DNA of 64,000 nt, taken from NCBI GenBank assembly GCA_040753015.1, contig JBFMHM010000007.1, positions 2,076-66,075 of the forward strand, read 5' to 3'. Below, in pieces: positions 27,360-37,447 of the stretch. The notes beneath the pieces were generated by a model. The model saw only the letters and a list, made by a program, of their open reading frames with translations. It did not search any database and had not been told where the DNA came from. The position numbers and the translations under genes were made by a program. Position 1 is the first letter of the stretch. Every line of letters begins with the position of its first letter. Source of the stretch: Candidatus Omnitrophota bacterium. Lineage in GTDB: Bacteria > Omnitrophota > Gorgyraeia > Gygaellales > JBFMHM01.

Positions 27360-29830
27360 TAAATAACAATGTTTACTAATTTATTTGGAACAAAAATAAA
27401 TTTTTTAAGTTGTGCGTCCTTTATGCACTCTTTAACTTTCAAATCAGAAAGGGCTATCTCTCTTACTTCTGTCTCGCTTGCATCAGCTGGCACATCAATA
27501 TTTGCCCGAAGTTTACCGTTAATTTGCACAGCAATATTTACTGTTGAGGTTTTTATTTTTGCTTCATCAAACTCTGGCCAAGTTTCTAAAAATATACTTT
27601 TTGAATGCCCCAGCATCTGCCACATCTCTTCGCACACGTGCGAGGCAAACGGACTAAGTAAAAGTACAAGCTTTTCTACTGCATCTTTTACAGTCTTATT
27701 TTTACGCTGAACTTCAGGAATTTGATAAATTTGATTAACCAATTCCATCGTTGCAGAAATTGCCGTATTAAATTTATAATCCTTTTCAAACGCACTGGTT
27801 ACTTCTTTAATTGTAAGATGTAATTTCCTGGTTAATTCATGAATCTGTCCAGTCTCTGACGGTTGGACAGATTCATCTCGAGCTCTATCGAGAGATCTCT
27901 GTTCATCAATTAACCGCCAAACGCGATTTAGAAATCTTACAATACCTTCCATGCCCTTGTCTGACCAATCAAGCTCCATTTCCGGAGGCGCAGCAAAAAG
28001 AATAAATACGCGTAAAACATCAGCACCATATTGTTTAATTATTCCGTCGGGGTCAACAATATTTCCACGTGACTTTGACATTACTTCACCTTCTTTTAAA
28101 ACCATACCTTGTGTTAAAAGGCGGTTAAACGGTTCAGCAAAAGAAACCATTCCTAAATCTTGAAAAAATTTTGTAAAGAATCTTGAATACAGAAGATGTA
28201 AAACCGCATGTTCAATGCCGCCAATATATTGGTCAACCGTCATCCAATATTTTGCCTCTTCTTTATCAAAAGGGTCATTTATATAATTCGGCGAACAGAA
28301 TCGCAAAAAATACCATGATGAATCAAAAAATGTTGCCATAGTGTCAGTTTCACGGGTTGCTGCTTGTTTACATTTCGGACAATCAACATTGACAAAATCC
28401 TTTGCTTGGTTTAACGGACTTCCACCTGTACCTGTAAATTTAACATTTTCCGGCAAAACAACTGGCAGGTTATCATAGGCAACAGGTACTGTGCCGCATT
28501 TTTTGCAATTAATAATTGGAATAGGCGTGCCCCAATAGCGCTGACGGGAAATCAACCAATCACGTAAGCGCCAATGTGTTGTAATTTTGCCCATACTATT
28601 ATTCTGAATCCATTCAGCAATTTTTGTTTTTGCCTCTTGGTTAGGTATGCCATCAAACTGCCCTGAATTCACCTGCACACCACCGCCCTCATACGCTTGA
28701 ATCATATTTTTTGGATTTTGGATTTGGTCATTGGGATTTCTGATAACGATCCTCATCGGCAAATTATGTTCTTTAGCAAATAAAAAGTCCCTCTGATCAT
28801 GCGTTGGTACAGCCATAATTGCACCAGTCCCGTATTCCATTAGAACATAATCAGCAATCCAAATTGGCACTGCTTCATTATTAACCGGATTAATTGCGTA
28901 TGCCCCAATAAATTTCCCTTCTTTTTTAACATCGCTTGCCTGACGAACAATTTTTGATTCTTTTTCAACTTTTGCAATAAATTCTAAAATCTCTTTTTCT
29001 TCTGGCGCATTCTTAATAAGTTTTTTTACTAAAGGATGTTCGCAAGCTAACACAACATAAGTTGCGCCAAAAATTGTGTCTGGCCGAGTTGTAAAAACAT
29101 TTATAATTTCACTACTATCCTTAACTTTAAAATAAATTTCACAGCCTTGGCTTTTGCCAATCCAATTTTCCTGCATTGTTAGAACCTGGGTTGGCCAATT
29201 TTTGAGCTCCTTTAAATCATCCAGCAACTTTTCTTTATACTCCGTGATCTTGATAAACCATTGCTCAAGCTCTTTTTGCTCGACAATCTCTTTACATCGC
29301 CAGCAGCCGCCATTTATAACCTCTTCATTAGCAAGGGTTGTTTCGCATTTTGGACACCAGTTTACTAAAGATTTCTTCTTATAAACAAGTCCTTTTTCCA
29401 TCATTTTTAAAAATATCCACTGGTTCCATTTATAATAATCTGGATCACAGGTTGAAAGCTCTCTTTGCCAGTCATAAGAAAAACCCATTTTCTTAAGCTC
29501 TTCTTTCATCCAATCAATACACTGGTTCGTCCAAATTTTCGGATCAGATTGGTTTTTTATTGCGGCATTTTCTGCTGGTTGACCAAAGGCATCAAACCCC
29601 ATAGGATGTAGCACATTAAAACCACACATTTTTTTATACCGGGCAATTACATCGCCAATAGAATAATTACGCACATGCCCCATGTGGATTTTACCGGATG
29701 GATAGGGAAACATCTCTAAAAGGTAGTATTTAGATTTATCTTTGTCAGGAACAGCCCTAAAAATACCCTCTTTTTCCCAAAATTCCTGCCACTTTTTATC
29801 TATTTCGTTAAAATTATATGCTACTGCCAT
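27359..29830 (-). CDS. leuS: leucine--tRNA ligase
   Basis: MFPYPSGKIHMGH, VMSKS, FIFVPNKLVNIV; start reassigned to ATG 29830 because the longer ORF overlaps a tRNA. Confidence 0.98.
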   Translation of the reverse strand: MAVAYNFNEIDKKWQEFWEKEGIFRAVPDKDKSKYYLLEMFPYPSGKIHMGHVRNYSIGDVIARYKKMCGFNVLHPMGFDAFGQPAENAAIKNQSDPKIWTNQCIDWMKEELKKMGFSYDWQRELSTCDPDYYKWNQWIFLKMMEKGLVYKKKSLVNWCPKCETTLANEEVINGGCWRCKEIVEQKELEQWFIKITEYKEKLLDDLKELKNWPTQVLTMQENWIGKSQGCEIYFKVKDSSEIINVFTTRPDTIFGATYVVLACEHPLVKKLIKNAPEEKEILEFIAKVEKESKIVRQASDVKKEGKFIGAYAINPVNNEAVPIWIADYVLMEYGTGAIMAVPTHDQRDFLFAKEHNLPMRIVIRNPNDQIQNPKNMIQAYEGGGVQVNSGQFDGIPNQEAKTKIAEWIQNNSMGKITTHWRLRDWLISRQRYWGTPIPIINCKKCGTVPVAYDNLPVVLPENVKFTGTGGSPLNQAKDFVNVDCPKCKQAATRETDTMATFFDSSWYFLRFCSPNYINDPFDKEEAKYWMTVDQYIGGIEHAVLHLLYSRFFTKFFQDLGMVSFAEPFNRLLTQGMVLKEGEVMSKSRGNIVDPDGIIKQYGADVLRVFILFAAPPEMELDWSDKGMEGIVRFLNRVWRLIDEQRSLDRARDESVQPSETGQIHELTRKLHLTIKEVTSAFEKDYKFNTAISATMELVNQIYQIPEVQRKNKTVKDAVEKLVLLLSPFASHVCEEMWQMLGHSKSIFLETWPEFDEAKIKTSTVNIAVQINGKLRANIDVPADASETEVREIALSDLKVKECIKDAQLKKFIFVPNKLVNIVI

Positions 29831-29850
29831 TGAATACCTTCTAAGAATAG

Positions 29851-29923
29851 TGGAGCTGAGGGGGATTGAACCCCTGACCCCTTGCATGCCATGCAAGTGC
29901 TCTCCCAGCTGAGCTACAGCCCC
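29851..29923 (-). tRNA. tRNA-Ala(GGC)
   Basis: GGGGCTGTAGCTCAGCTGGGAGAGCACTTGCAT-GGC-ATGCAAGGGGTCAGGGGTTCAATCCCCCTCAGCTCCA. Confidence 0.97.
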
Positions 29924-29993
29924 ATTAATTAATTTTATTAGTTGATTTTTGTTATTTTAGAATATAAAATAGCTTGCGTCAATAAAATATATT

Positions 29994-30076
29994 GCCGAAG
30001 TGGTGGAATGGCATACACGTCCGCCTCAAAAGCGGATAGGCTTGCGCCTGTGAGGGTTCGACTCCCTCCTTCGGCA
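29994..30076 (+). tRNA. tRNA-Leu(CAA)
   Basis: GCCGAAG acceptor stem, TCCGC-CT-CAA-AA-GCGGA anticodon arm, long variable arm, GGTTCGACTCC. Confidence 0.96.
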
Positions 30077-30081
30077 TTTTT

Positions 30082-30702
30082 TTACTTATGATTACCCTTC
30101 AAATATGGTTTTATCGCCTTTAGTACGCGCTGGCTCATTAACCTATAGCCCTCAGCGTTAGGATGGACGTAATCGGATTTTAATTTGGGTTGCGTAAAGA
30201 TACCATCTAGGATATTCGGAACTAAAATTGTATTATATTTTCTCGAAAGCCTTCGGTAGATTGATGAGTATTCCCCCATTACAAGCCCAGCTCTAGTTTC
30301 AACTAAAGCAATAATCGCTCCACTTGACTTGATTTGCTTAATCATTTCCTCTAAATTCTTATAAGTATCTTCCAGCGACATCTTCTCTAGGTAGTCATTA
30401 CCTCCAAATTCAATAATAACTAGATATGGGTTTTTCTCTAAGACATCGGTTTTTATACGCTTTAGTCCTTCAGTTGTACTCTCACCACTCATCCCTGCAT
30501 TAATTACCGGATAATTTACTTCTTTAGCTAACAAACTCGGGTAAGAAAATTTTGGCTCGACCCCTTCGCCTGCGGTTAAACTGTCTCCATAACAAATTAT
30601 ATTTTTCCCTTTTGAATTAAGATTAGATATTTTTGACTCACACGCAGTTAAATTGATAACGTAAAAACACAATAAACTTATAATTAATATTTTATTTTTC
30701 AT
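30082..30702 (-). CDS. GDSL/SGNH esterase lipoprotein (TesA-like)
   Basis: YGDSLT, NAGMSG, GGND, DYVHPN; lipobox LTAC. Confidence 0.9.
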   Translation of the reverse strand: MKNKILIISLLCFYVINLTACESKISNLNSKGKNIICYGDSLTAGEGVEPKFSYPSLLAKEVNYPVINAGMSGESTTEGLKRIKTDVLEKNPYLVIIEFGGNDYLEKMSLEDTYKNLEEMIKQIKSSGAIIALVETRAGLVMGEYSSIYRRLSRKYNTILVPNILDGIFTQPKLKSDYVHPNAEGYRLMSQRVLKAIKPYLKGNHK

Positions 30703-31711
30703 ATATTAATTTTAACTGGCCGCAAGCGGCTTCAATATCTTGCCCGCGCGGCCTTCTTACGGTTACATTAACCCCCCGATTTTTCAGCTGGTTAAAAAAA
30801 CTAGAAATTTCTTTCTTATCCGGAGGAATCAACCCAAACCCCGGAATCATATTATACACTATTAAATTAATTTTTGCGTCAAATCCTTTTAGGATTTTAG
30901 CTAAATTTTTTGCATCTTGCAAGGAAGAATTTATGTCTTTAATTAAAACATATTCAAAAGTAATTTGGCGGTTAGTGTTCTTGTAGTAATCTTTACATGC
31001 TGCAATTAATTTTTCTAAAGGATAGATTTTATTCACTGGCATTAATTTTTCTCTAATTTTATCGGAAGCAGCATGCAAAGAAACTGATAACTCAACTTGT
31101 AATTTTTCATTTGCTAGTTTATTAATTTGCGGTATTAAACCACAGGTTGAAATTGTAATTTTACGCGCGCCAATATTTAAGCCATTCTTATCGTTAATAA
31201 TCCTGATTGCTAAAAGTAGATTATCGTAGTTATCAAGCGGCTCACCAATCCCCATAAAAACAATATTACCAAGATCTTTTCTATAATCTTTTAAATATAA
31301 GATTTGGCTGACTATTTCACCGCTGGTTAAATTTCTTATAAACCCTGATTTTCCGCTTGCACAAAACAAACATTTATATTTACATCCAACCTGAGTGGAA
31401 ATACAGAAAGTTATTCTTTTATCAACTGGGATAATCACGGATTCAATTGAATTATTATCTTCTAACCTAAAAAGAAATTTTTCTGTCTTATCTTCTGATC
31501 TAAACTTATCTATTAATTCTATCTTGCTAAAATATAGATTAGCTCTAAGCAACTCTTTAAGAGCCTGTGAAAGATTCGTCATCAAAGCAAAATCTTCATT
31601 ACGTTTTTGATATATCCAAGAAAATATTTGCCTAGCGCGAAAAGCTGAATGCCCCTTTTCAATAAGAAATCTCTCTAAGTTTATTAATGTTAAATTTTTA
31701 ATGTCTTGCAT
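30692..31711 (-). CDS. rlmN: 23S rRNA m2A2503 methyltransferase RlmN
   Basis: CISTQVGCKYKCLFC, MGIGEP, SLHA, DIEAACGQL. Confidence 0.96.
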   Translation of the reverse strand: MQDIKNLTLINLERFLIEKGHSAFRARQIFSWIYQKRNEDFALMTNLSQALKELLRANLYFSKIELIDKFRSEDKTEKFLFRLEDNNSIESVIIPVDKRITFCISTQVGCKYKCLFCASGKSGFIRNLTSGEIVSQILYLKDYRKDLGNIVFMGIGEPLDNYDNLLLAIRIINDKNGLNIGARKITISTCGLIPQINKLANEKLQVELSVSLHAASDKIREKLMPVNKIYPLEKLIAACKDYYKNTNRQITFEYVLIKDINSSLQDAKNLAKILKGFDAKINLIVYNMIPGFGLIPPDKKEISSFFNQLKNRGVNVTVRRPRGQDIEAACGQLKLIYEK

Positions 31712-32177
31712 TATTATTTATAAGCTCTATTCCGTGGATCAATACCGGTAAAATCAACGGCATAATTTGTTCTATCGCCTTTGGATTACCGGGTAAATTA
31801 ATAATTATACTTTTTTTTCTAATGCCTGATACTAAACAAGAAAGCATCGCATTTCGATTATACTTTAAACTTTTAAAACGTATGAATTCACTGATGCCGG
31901 GCAGCTCTTTGTCAATTATTTTCCTTGTTGCTTTGGCTGTTACATCTCTTAACCCTATACCTGTTCCACCAGTTGTAAGAACAATATTTATATTTAGCTC
32001 GTCTGTCATATGTTTGATTCGTTGAATAATTTTTTTTTCTTCATCAGCAATAACTTCATATTTTTTTATAGATAATTTTCCGCCTTCTAAAATTTTTCTA
32101 ATTTTTGGACCGCTTAAATCTTTATAGATACCAGAGGAAGCCCTGTCGCTTATCGTAATAATCCCAGCGCTAATCAT
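31698..32177 (-). CDS. MogA/MoaB molybdopterin adenylyltransferase
   Basis: ITISDR, DLSGP, TTGGTG, NLPGNP. Confidence 0.9.
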   Translation of the reverse strand: MISAGIITISDRASSGIYKDLSGPKIRKILEGGKLSIKKYEVIADEEKKIIQRIKHMTDELNINIVLTTGGTGIGLRDVTAKATRKIIDKELPGISEFIRFKSLKYNRNAMLSCLVSGIRKKSIIINLPGNPKAIEQIMPLILPVLIHGIELINNNARH

Positions 32178-32596
32178 ATTATAACCCTATCGCCTATTCT
32201 TATAAGGCCGCCTTTTAAAACTTTTGTAAAAACGCCTTTTTTTGGCATAATACACTCGCCTAATTTTTTCTTAACCTCACACTGGTTATGACAAGTTTTT
32301 CCAATTTGAGTAACTTCTAAAAGACTACCAGAAATTTTTATTTTATCGCCGATATTTAATTTTGATAAATCAATATTTTTTGTAGTAATATTTTCAGCAA
32401 AGTCTCCGGATTTTAATTTATAAGATTCTATTATCTCTATAGGCAACAAACTAACCTCTCGGTGCATAAAGCCTGCGTGGGCATCACCAACTATCCCAAA
32501 ATCTTCCTTTAATTCCGCACATTTTATCGGGGTTTTGGACGTGCCTTTTTCTTTACTTATATTGATTGAGAATACTGTTGCCTGATTTTTATTCAT
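32174..32596 (-). CDS. MOSC domain protein
   Basis: GIVGDAHAG..HREVSLL, GDFAENIT, TQIGKTCH..C, CIMP. Confidence 0.9.
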   Translation of the reverse strand: MNKNQATVFSINISKEKGTSKTPIKCAELKEDFGIVGDAHAGFMHREVSLLPIEIIESYKLKSGDFAENITTKNIDLSKLNIGDKIKISGSLLEVTQIGKTCHNQCEVKKKLGECIMPKKGVFTKVLKGGLIRIGDRVII

Positions 32597-33114
32597 TTAA
32601 GTATTGCACCTAATATACCAGTGGCAATTATAATAAATACAGGATCTATTTTTGTAAAAAGGAAAAGTAAAAACGCAGCCAGCACAATTAAAACATTAAT
32701 GGGGTTTAATAAACCTTTTATATTTATTACCTGGAACGCCGCAGCAATGATCATCGCAAACACAACCCATTGTATCATTGAAAATGCATTTTTAACTCTT
32801 TCTATATTTCTAAACTTCATATAAAAAGCTGAGGCGAAAACAATTAGGATAACCGGAGAAAGCATATTTGCAATATTGCTAATTACTGCCCCCCAAAACC
32901 CTCCAACTTTATTCCCCACATAAGTAGCGTATTTTATGGAAATTGCTCCGGGAAATATTTTAACAATCCCAGCAACATCCAAAAATTCTTGTTTAGTAAG
33001 CCAGTTATATTTAATAACTACCTCTTTTTCAATTAATGGTAAAAATGAATATGCCCCGCCAATTGCAAATAAACCAATTTTTAAAAAACTAAAGAATAGT
33101 TGTAAGTAAATCAT
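32593..33114 (-). CDS. chromate transporter family (single half)
   Basis: FLKIGLFAIGG, WL...EF, PG, GFWGA. Confidence 0.8.
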   Translation of the reverse strand: MIYLQLFFSFLKIGLFAIGGAYSFLPLIEKEVVIKYNWLTKQEFLDVAGIVKIFPGAISIKYATYVGNKVGGFWGAVISNIANMLSPVILIVFASAFYMKFRNIERVKNAFSMIQWVVFAMIIAAAFQVINIKGLLNPINVLIVLAAFLLFLFTKIDPVFIIIATGILGAILK

Positions 33115-33541
33115 TATTTTTTAAACTAAAATCGCGCTTGCCGCCGCTTTTCTTAATTAATCTAATATCAGAAATTACCATCTTATTATCAATACTTTTT
33201 GCCATATCATATATAGTTAAAGCACAAATTGAAACCCCAGTCAATGCTTCCATTTCAAAACCAGTTTTATCACTGCCACGAACACAACAATATATCTGTA
33301 TTGAATCATTATTAAATTTATAATTTATACCGATAAAATTAGTTTTTACCGGATGGCACATTGGAATTAAATTCTGGGTTTTTTTAACCGCTAAAATTGC
33401 AGCGGTTTTCGCTGTAATAAGCGCATCCCCCTTGACTAAACGGCCTGTTTTAACTTTGGCTATCGTATTTTTTCCGGCATAAATAGCTGCACTAGCAATA
33501 GCTAATCTTTTCGTTTCTTTTTTATTGGTAATATCTATCAT
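33089..33541 (-). CDS. moaC: cyclic pyranopterin monophosphate synthase
   Basis: MIDITNK, KGD, LIPMCHP, TGFEMEAL, IYDMAK, KKSGG. Confidence 0.93.
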   Translation of the reverse strand: MIDITNKKETKRLAIASAAIYAGKNTIAKVKTGRLVKGDALITAKTAAILAVKKTQNLIPMCHPVKTNFIGINYKFNNDSIQIYCCVRGSDKTGFEMEALTGVSICALTIYDMAKSIDNKMVISDIRLIKKSGGKRDFSLKNNDLLTTIL

Positions 33542-34498
33542 TTATCCTCCTACACAAGACATTTCCAGCCTACGGTCATAAACAGGCGGCTTTCTAACTT
33601 GAGATTTATTGGAAACAAAATCTTTAATTAAATATCCTAAATTTTCATCATTAATGCCCGAGCGAATTAAATTTTTCAAATCTAGATAATCCTTGGAATA
33701 AAGACATAATAAAAGCCGGCCATCGCAAGTCAAGCGAAGCCGGTTACATTGACTGCAAAAATCCTGGCTATAACCGCTAATAAAGCCAATATTGCCTGAG
33801 CTGCCTTTTATTTTATAATATCTCGCTGGGCCGTTAACTGGAATACTTTCATCAAAATAAATCATCCCGAATTTTTCTTTTAACCTTATCAATATTTCTT
33901 CACTTAAAATACCTAAATCATGAAAATCCGGCATATTATAATTCGTGGGAGAATATTCTATAAAACGTACATATATAGGCAAGTTAGAAGTTAATTTTAC
34001 TAAATCGAAAATGTCTTCTTCATTAATTTGTTTTAAAATAACCGAATTTATCTTAACAGGATTAAATCCTGACTTAAATGCATAATCTATGCCCAATAAA
34101 ACTTCATCTAATACATCTTGTCCAGATATCTTAAAAAACTTTTCTTTATCAAGCGAATTTAAACTTATATTTATACGCCTAATTCCTGCTTCTTTTAAAT
34201 ATGATGCATAATCTTTGAGCAAAATACCATTTGTCGTCAAAGATAGATCCTTAATTCCACTGGTCTTAGAAATATTTTTAACTAGGCCTATTAAATTATC
34301 TCTTAATAAAGGCTCTCCACCAGTAATACGAATACTATCAACACCTAAATTAACAAAAACTTTAATTAATCGAATAATTTCCTGATTACTTAATATACTA
34401 ATATCTCTGTAATTATTATCCTGTTTGGGCCGGCAATAAATACAATTTAAGTTACATTGATTAGTTACTGAAACCCTTAAATAATTAGGAAAACTCAT
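33542..34498 (-). CDS. moaA: GTP 3',8-cyclase
   Basis: YLRVSVTNQCNLNCIYC, FCSQCNRLR..CL, C-terminal GG. Confidence 0.95.
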   Translation of the reverse strand: MSFPNYLRVSVTNQCNLNCIYCRPKQDNNYRDISILSNQEIIRLIKVFVNLGVDSIRITGGEPLLRDNLIGLVKNISKTSGIKDLSLTTNGILLKDYASYLKEAGIRRINISLNSLDKEKFFKISGQDVLDEVLLGIDYAFKSGFNPVKINSVILKQINEEDIFDLVKLTSNLPIYVRFIEYSPTNYNMPDFHDLGILSEEILIRLKEKFGMIYFDESIPVNGPARYYKIKGSSGNIGFISGYSQDFCSQCNRLRLTCDGRLLLCLYSKDYLDLKNLIRSGINDENLGYLIKDFVSNKSQVRKPPVYDRRLEMSCVGG

Positions 34499-35682
34499 AG
34501 AAAAATAAACTCTGCTATTGAGCCTTTCTTTAAAATATAACTACCAGGCCTAGATATAAAAAATCCGTTAGATTCGCAAATTGCCTTCATATCACCTGAA
34601 GTATTAAACTTAGTTGGTGACAACCTAAATCCTTGATTGATATAATTTATTTTACAAGGATTAAAAACCAACCTGTCCTCATCAACTTTGAACTCAAAAT
34701 TAATACTGCCTTTAAATATTTGAGGCTCAGCATATTGCCCCTGCATTTTGAAAATCACCGGTTTTATAAATAAACAAAACCCTATTAAGCTTGAGACACT
34801 ATTCCCTGGAAGGCCAAACACAAACGTATCTTTTTTTTTGCCAAACCAAATTGGCTTACCCGGCTTGATACTTACTTTATGAAAAATTTTTTTAACATTT
34901 AATTCGTTTAGAATTTGCGGCACATAATCATATTCGCCCATAGATACCCCGCCAGTAATTATAAGAATATCCGTATCTAAACTTTGCCTTAATTTATTTT
35001 TTAATATTTTTTTATTATCTTTTATAATTCCTAAATATTTAGGCTTAATATCTAAATCATTCAACAGCATTTTCAGCATGAGGCTAGTTGAATTTCTTAA
35101 AAATCCCGATTTTAATCTAACATTTGGCTCGGTAATTTCATTTCCAGTTGCAATAATCGCTACTTTTGGCTTTTTAAAAACCCTTAGATGTTTTACCCCT
35201 GCGGCGGCAAGTATACTTAATTCTTGAGCCCTAATCATCTGATTTCTATTTAGTAATAAAGATCCTTTTTTACAATCTTGGCCTTTATAGGCAATATTTT
35301 TACTAGAAGAATATTTAAAAATTCTGACTATATTTTTTTTAACTACTAAAGCTTCTTCTATCTTTACTACTCTGTCTGTGCCTCTTGGTAAAATACAACC
35401 AGTCATCACTCTGATTGCTTGATTTTTTTTGATTAGTTTACTGCTTATATTAGGGGCATTTATCGTATCAATAACTTCAAACTCTCTTGGCAAATTAATC
35501 AAATCTCTAGATCTTAAAGCATAACCGTCCATTGTAACCCGATTAAACGGAGGCATATCGATAGGACTATATACACTACAAGATGCAGCCTGTCTAAATG
35601 TATTTTCTAATTTTAGTATCTGGCTCTTAGAGCTCCTTGTATACTTTAGGACTAAATTCAAGGCTTTTTTGTATTCAATCAT
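34495..35682 (-). CDS. moeA: molybdopterin molybdotransferase
   Basis: PPFNR..MDGYA, TGNEI, TGGVSMG.YD, KPGKP, GLPGN. Confidence 0.93.
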   Translation of the reverse strand: MIEYKKALNLVLKYTRSSKSQILKLENTFRQAASCSVYSPIDMPPFNRVTMDGYALRSRDLINLPREFEVIDTINAPNISSKLIKKNQAIRVMTGCILPRGTDRVVKIEEALVVKKNIVRIFKYSSSKNIAYKGQDCKKGSLLLNRNQMIRAQELSILAAAGVKHLRVFKKPKVAIIATGNEITEPNVRLKSGFLRNSTSLMLKMLLNDLDIKPKYLGIIKDNKKILKNKLRQSLDTDILIITGGVSMGEYDYVPQILNELNVKKIFHKVSIKPGKPIWFGKKKDTFVFGLPGNSVSSLIGFCLFIKPVIFKMQGQYAEPQIFKGSINFEFKVDEDRLVFNPCKINYINQGFRLSPTKFNTSGDMKAICESNGFFISRPGSYILKKGSIAEFIFL

Positions 35683-35684
35683 AA

Positions 35685-36092
35685 TTATGCAACAGGCACT
35701 TCTGTATAATCTTGTTCGCCAACATGAATAAGAAGAATTTTCTCTGGCTTTAACTCAACCAATGTATAATTAGGATCGTCGGCTGTTGGAAAATAACTTC
35801 TAAGCATTGGAACTGCATTTGAAAGCCATTCTTTTTTCTTTATATCTGTGCTAATAGATGCCTTTCCGCGAATGCGCAACTGTGATAATTTTCTATCTAC
35901 AAAACAAATTTCGAAATTATTATTTTTCTCAAACTGCAATAATTTTGGCGAACCTTTTTGAGTAGCTGCAAGTATTGTTCCATCATTAAATAAAGCCGGC
36001 ATAAGCGGCCGAACACGTGGCTCATTTGCTTCTATTGTTGCAAGATATCCTAGGCCTGCATCTTTTATTATCTCTTTTATCTCATCAATCAT
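35685..36092 (-). CDS. pyridoxamine 5'-phosphate oxidase-like flavin-binding protein
   Basis: YLATIE.NEPRVRP, K..Q...N...EICF, LRIRG. Confidence 0.8.
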   Translation of the reverse strand: MIDEIKEIIKDAGLGYLATIEANEPRVRPLMPALFNDGTILAATQKGSPKLLQFEKNNNFEICFVDRKLSQLRIRGKASISTDIKKKEWLSNAVPMLRSYFPTADDPNYTLVELKPEKILLIHVGEQDYTEVPVA

Positions 36093-36853
36093 TTTTTCCT
36101 CCTATTTTTTATAGAAACTATTTCTGCTAATATACTAAGAGCGATTTCTTCTGGAGAATCCCCGCCAAGGTTTAGACCAATTGGAGCATAAATTTTTTTG
36201 ATTAAATTTTGGCTTATCCCAGTAACCCTCAATTTATTAAATATACTTTTTATTTTATTTTTACTACCAATCATTCCAATATAAACAACACTGCTTTTAA
36301 TAATATTCTTTAAAATAATATAATCATGCTCGTGGCCATGAGTTACAATAACGATATAACTATTTTTGTTTATATTTAATTCTTTTATTGCTTCCATGGG
36401 GCTTTTACAAATAATTTTTTTTGCATTTGGGAAAATATCTTTTTTTGCAAATTCTTTTCTCTGATCAATAATTATAATTTCAAAATCCAATACGCTAGCG
36501 AGTTTATATAATGCCTTGCCAATATGGCCTGCGCCAAAAATAATTATCTTTTCTTTCGGCTTAAACACCTCAATAAATACTGACATCTTTCCTCCGCATA
36601 AAAGCCCGCGTTCTTTATTTAAAGAATATTCTTTTAAACAAGATTGGCTGTGGCGAATAAGATACTGCGAATCCTTCTGAATATCATATTCAATCTTACC
36701 GCCGCCAATCGTACCTTCGATTGATCCATTAGAAAAAACGATCATTCTTGCGCCAATTTGACGAGGAGTTGAACCCTTAACATCAACTATCGTAACTAAA
36801 GCAAATTTCTTGCTGCTGGACAAATATTCTTCAATCTTGCTTAACAAATTCAT
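36089..36853 (-). CDS. xdhC: XdhC/CoxI family molybdoenzyme maturation chaperone
   Basis: GSTPR..GARM, GTIGGG, CGG, IFGAGH, GMIGS, APIGL..GG..PEEIA. Confidence 0.9.
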   Translation of the reverse strand: MNLLSKIEEYLSSSKKFALVTIVDVKGSTPRQIGARMIVFSNGSIEGTIGGGKIEYDIQKDSQYLIRHSQSCLKEYSLNKERGLLCGGKMSVFIEVFKPKEKIIIFGAGHIGKALYKLASVLDFEIIIIDQRKEFAKKDIFPNAKKIICKSPMEAIKELNINKNSYIVIVTHGHEHDYIILKNIIKSSVVYIGMIGSKNKIKSIFNKLRVTGISQNLIKKIYAPIGLNLGGDSPEEIALSILAEIVSIKNRRKK

Positions 36854-36865
36854 CTTAGTTATAAT
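36837..36865 (+). promoter_or_regulatory. sigma70 promoter positioned for a leaderless mocA-like transcript
   Basis: TTGCTT-17bp-TATAAT with ATG at 36872, seven nt after the -10 box. Confidence 0.55.
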
Positions 36866-36871
36866 GTGTTT

Positions 36872-37447
36872 ATGACTTCATCTATCATATTAGCTGCTGG
36901 TGCATCCAGCCGTTTTGGATCGCCAAAACAACTTGCTAAATTAAAAAATGGCCAAACTCTGATTATGCATATAATTTCTACCCTGCAAAGAACAAAAGTT
37001 GATGAAATTATCGTAGTCCTTGGCGCCTTTAAAGATCAAATTCAAAAAATCTTACCGAAAAATATAAAAATTTGTATAAATGAAAATTATCTAAAAGGCC
37101 AAACTTCATCTCTAAAGACCGGGCTAGAAAACATATCGATAAATACAGATTATTTTTTAGTTCAACCTGTAGATATACCAACGGTATCGGAAAAAACAAT
37201 TAACCAAATAATTGATAAATTTAAAATCTCAAATGCGCTAATTGGTATACCAGTTTATCAAAATAAACACGGACATCCGCCAATATATAATATAAAATTA
37301 AAAAATGAAATTTTAAGTCTTAGTGATAACCAACCGCTTTATTCAATAAATCATCGATTTTCAAATCAAACAATAAATATCGAAGTTAACGATCCGGCAA
37401 TTCTTGCCAATATCACTACCCCAAAAGACCTAGAAAAAATTAATTAA
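36872..37447 (+). CDS. MocA-like molybdenum cofactor cytidylyltransferase
   Basis: IILAAG.SSRFG..KQL, G..SSL..G, D.P, GHPP; XDH context. Confidence 0.85.
   Translation: MTSSIILAAGASSRFGSPKQLAKLKNGQTLIMHIISTLQRTKVDEIIVVLGAFKDQIQKILPKNIKICINENYLKGQTSSLKTGLENISINTDYFLVQPVDIPTVSEKTINQIIDKFKISNALIGIPVYQNKHGHPPIYNIKLKNEILSLSDNQPLYSINHRFSNQTINIEVNDPAILANITTPKDLEKIN

Noticed and set aside
29831-29896. N-terminal extension of the leuS ORF (MHGMQGVRGSIP...)
   Set aside because: It is the tRNA-Ala sequence read in frame; the likely start is ATG 29830.
29851-30076. tRNAs as integration sites of the cluster
   Set aside because: No integrase and no duplicated tRNA 3' end found in the window.
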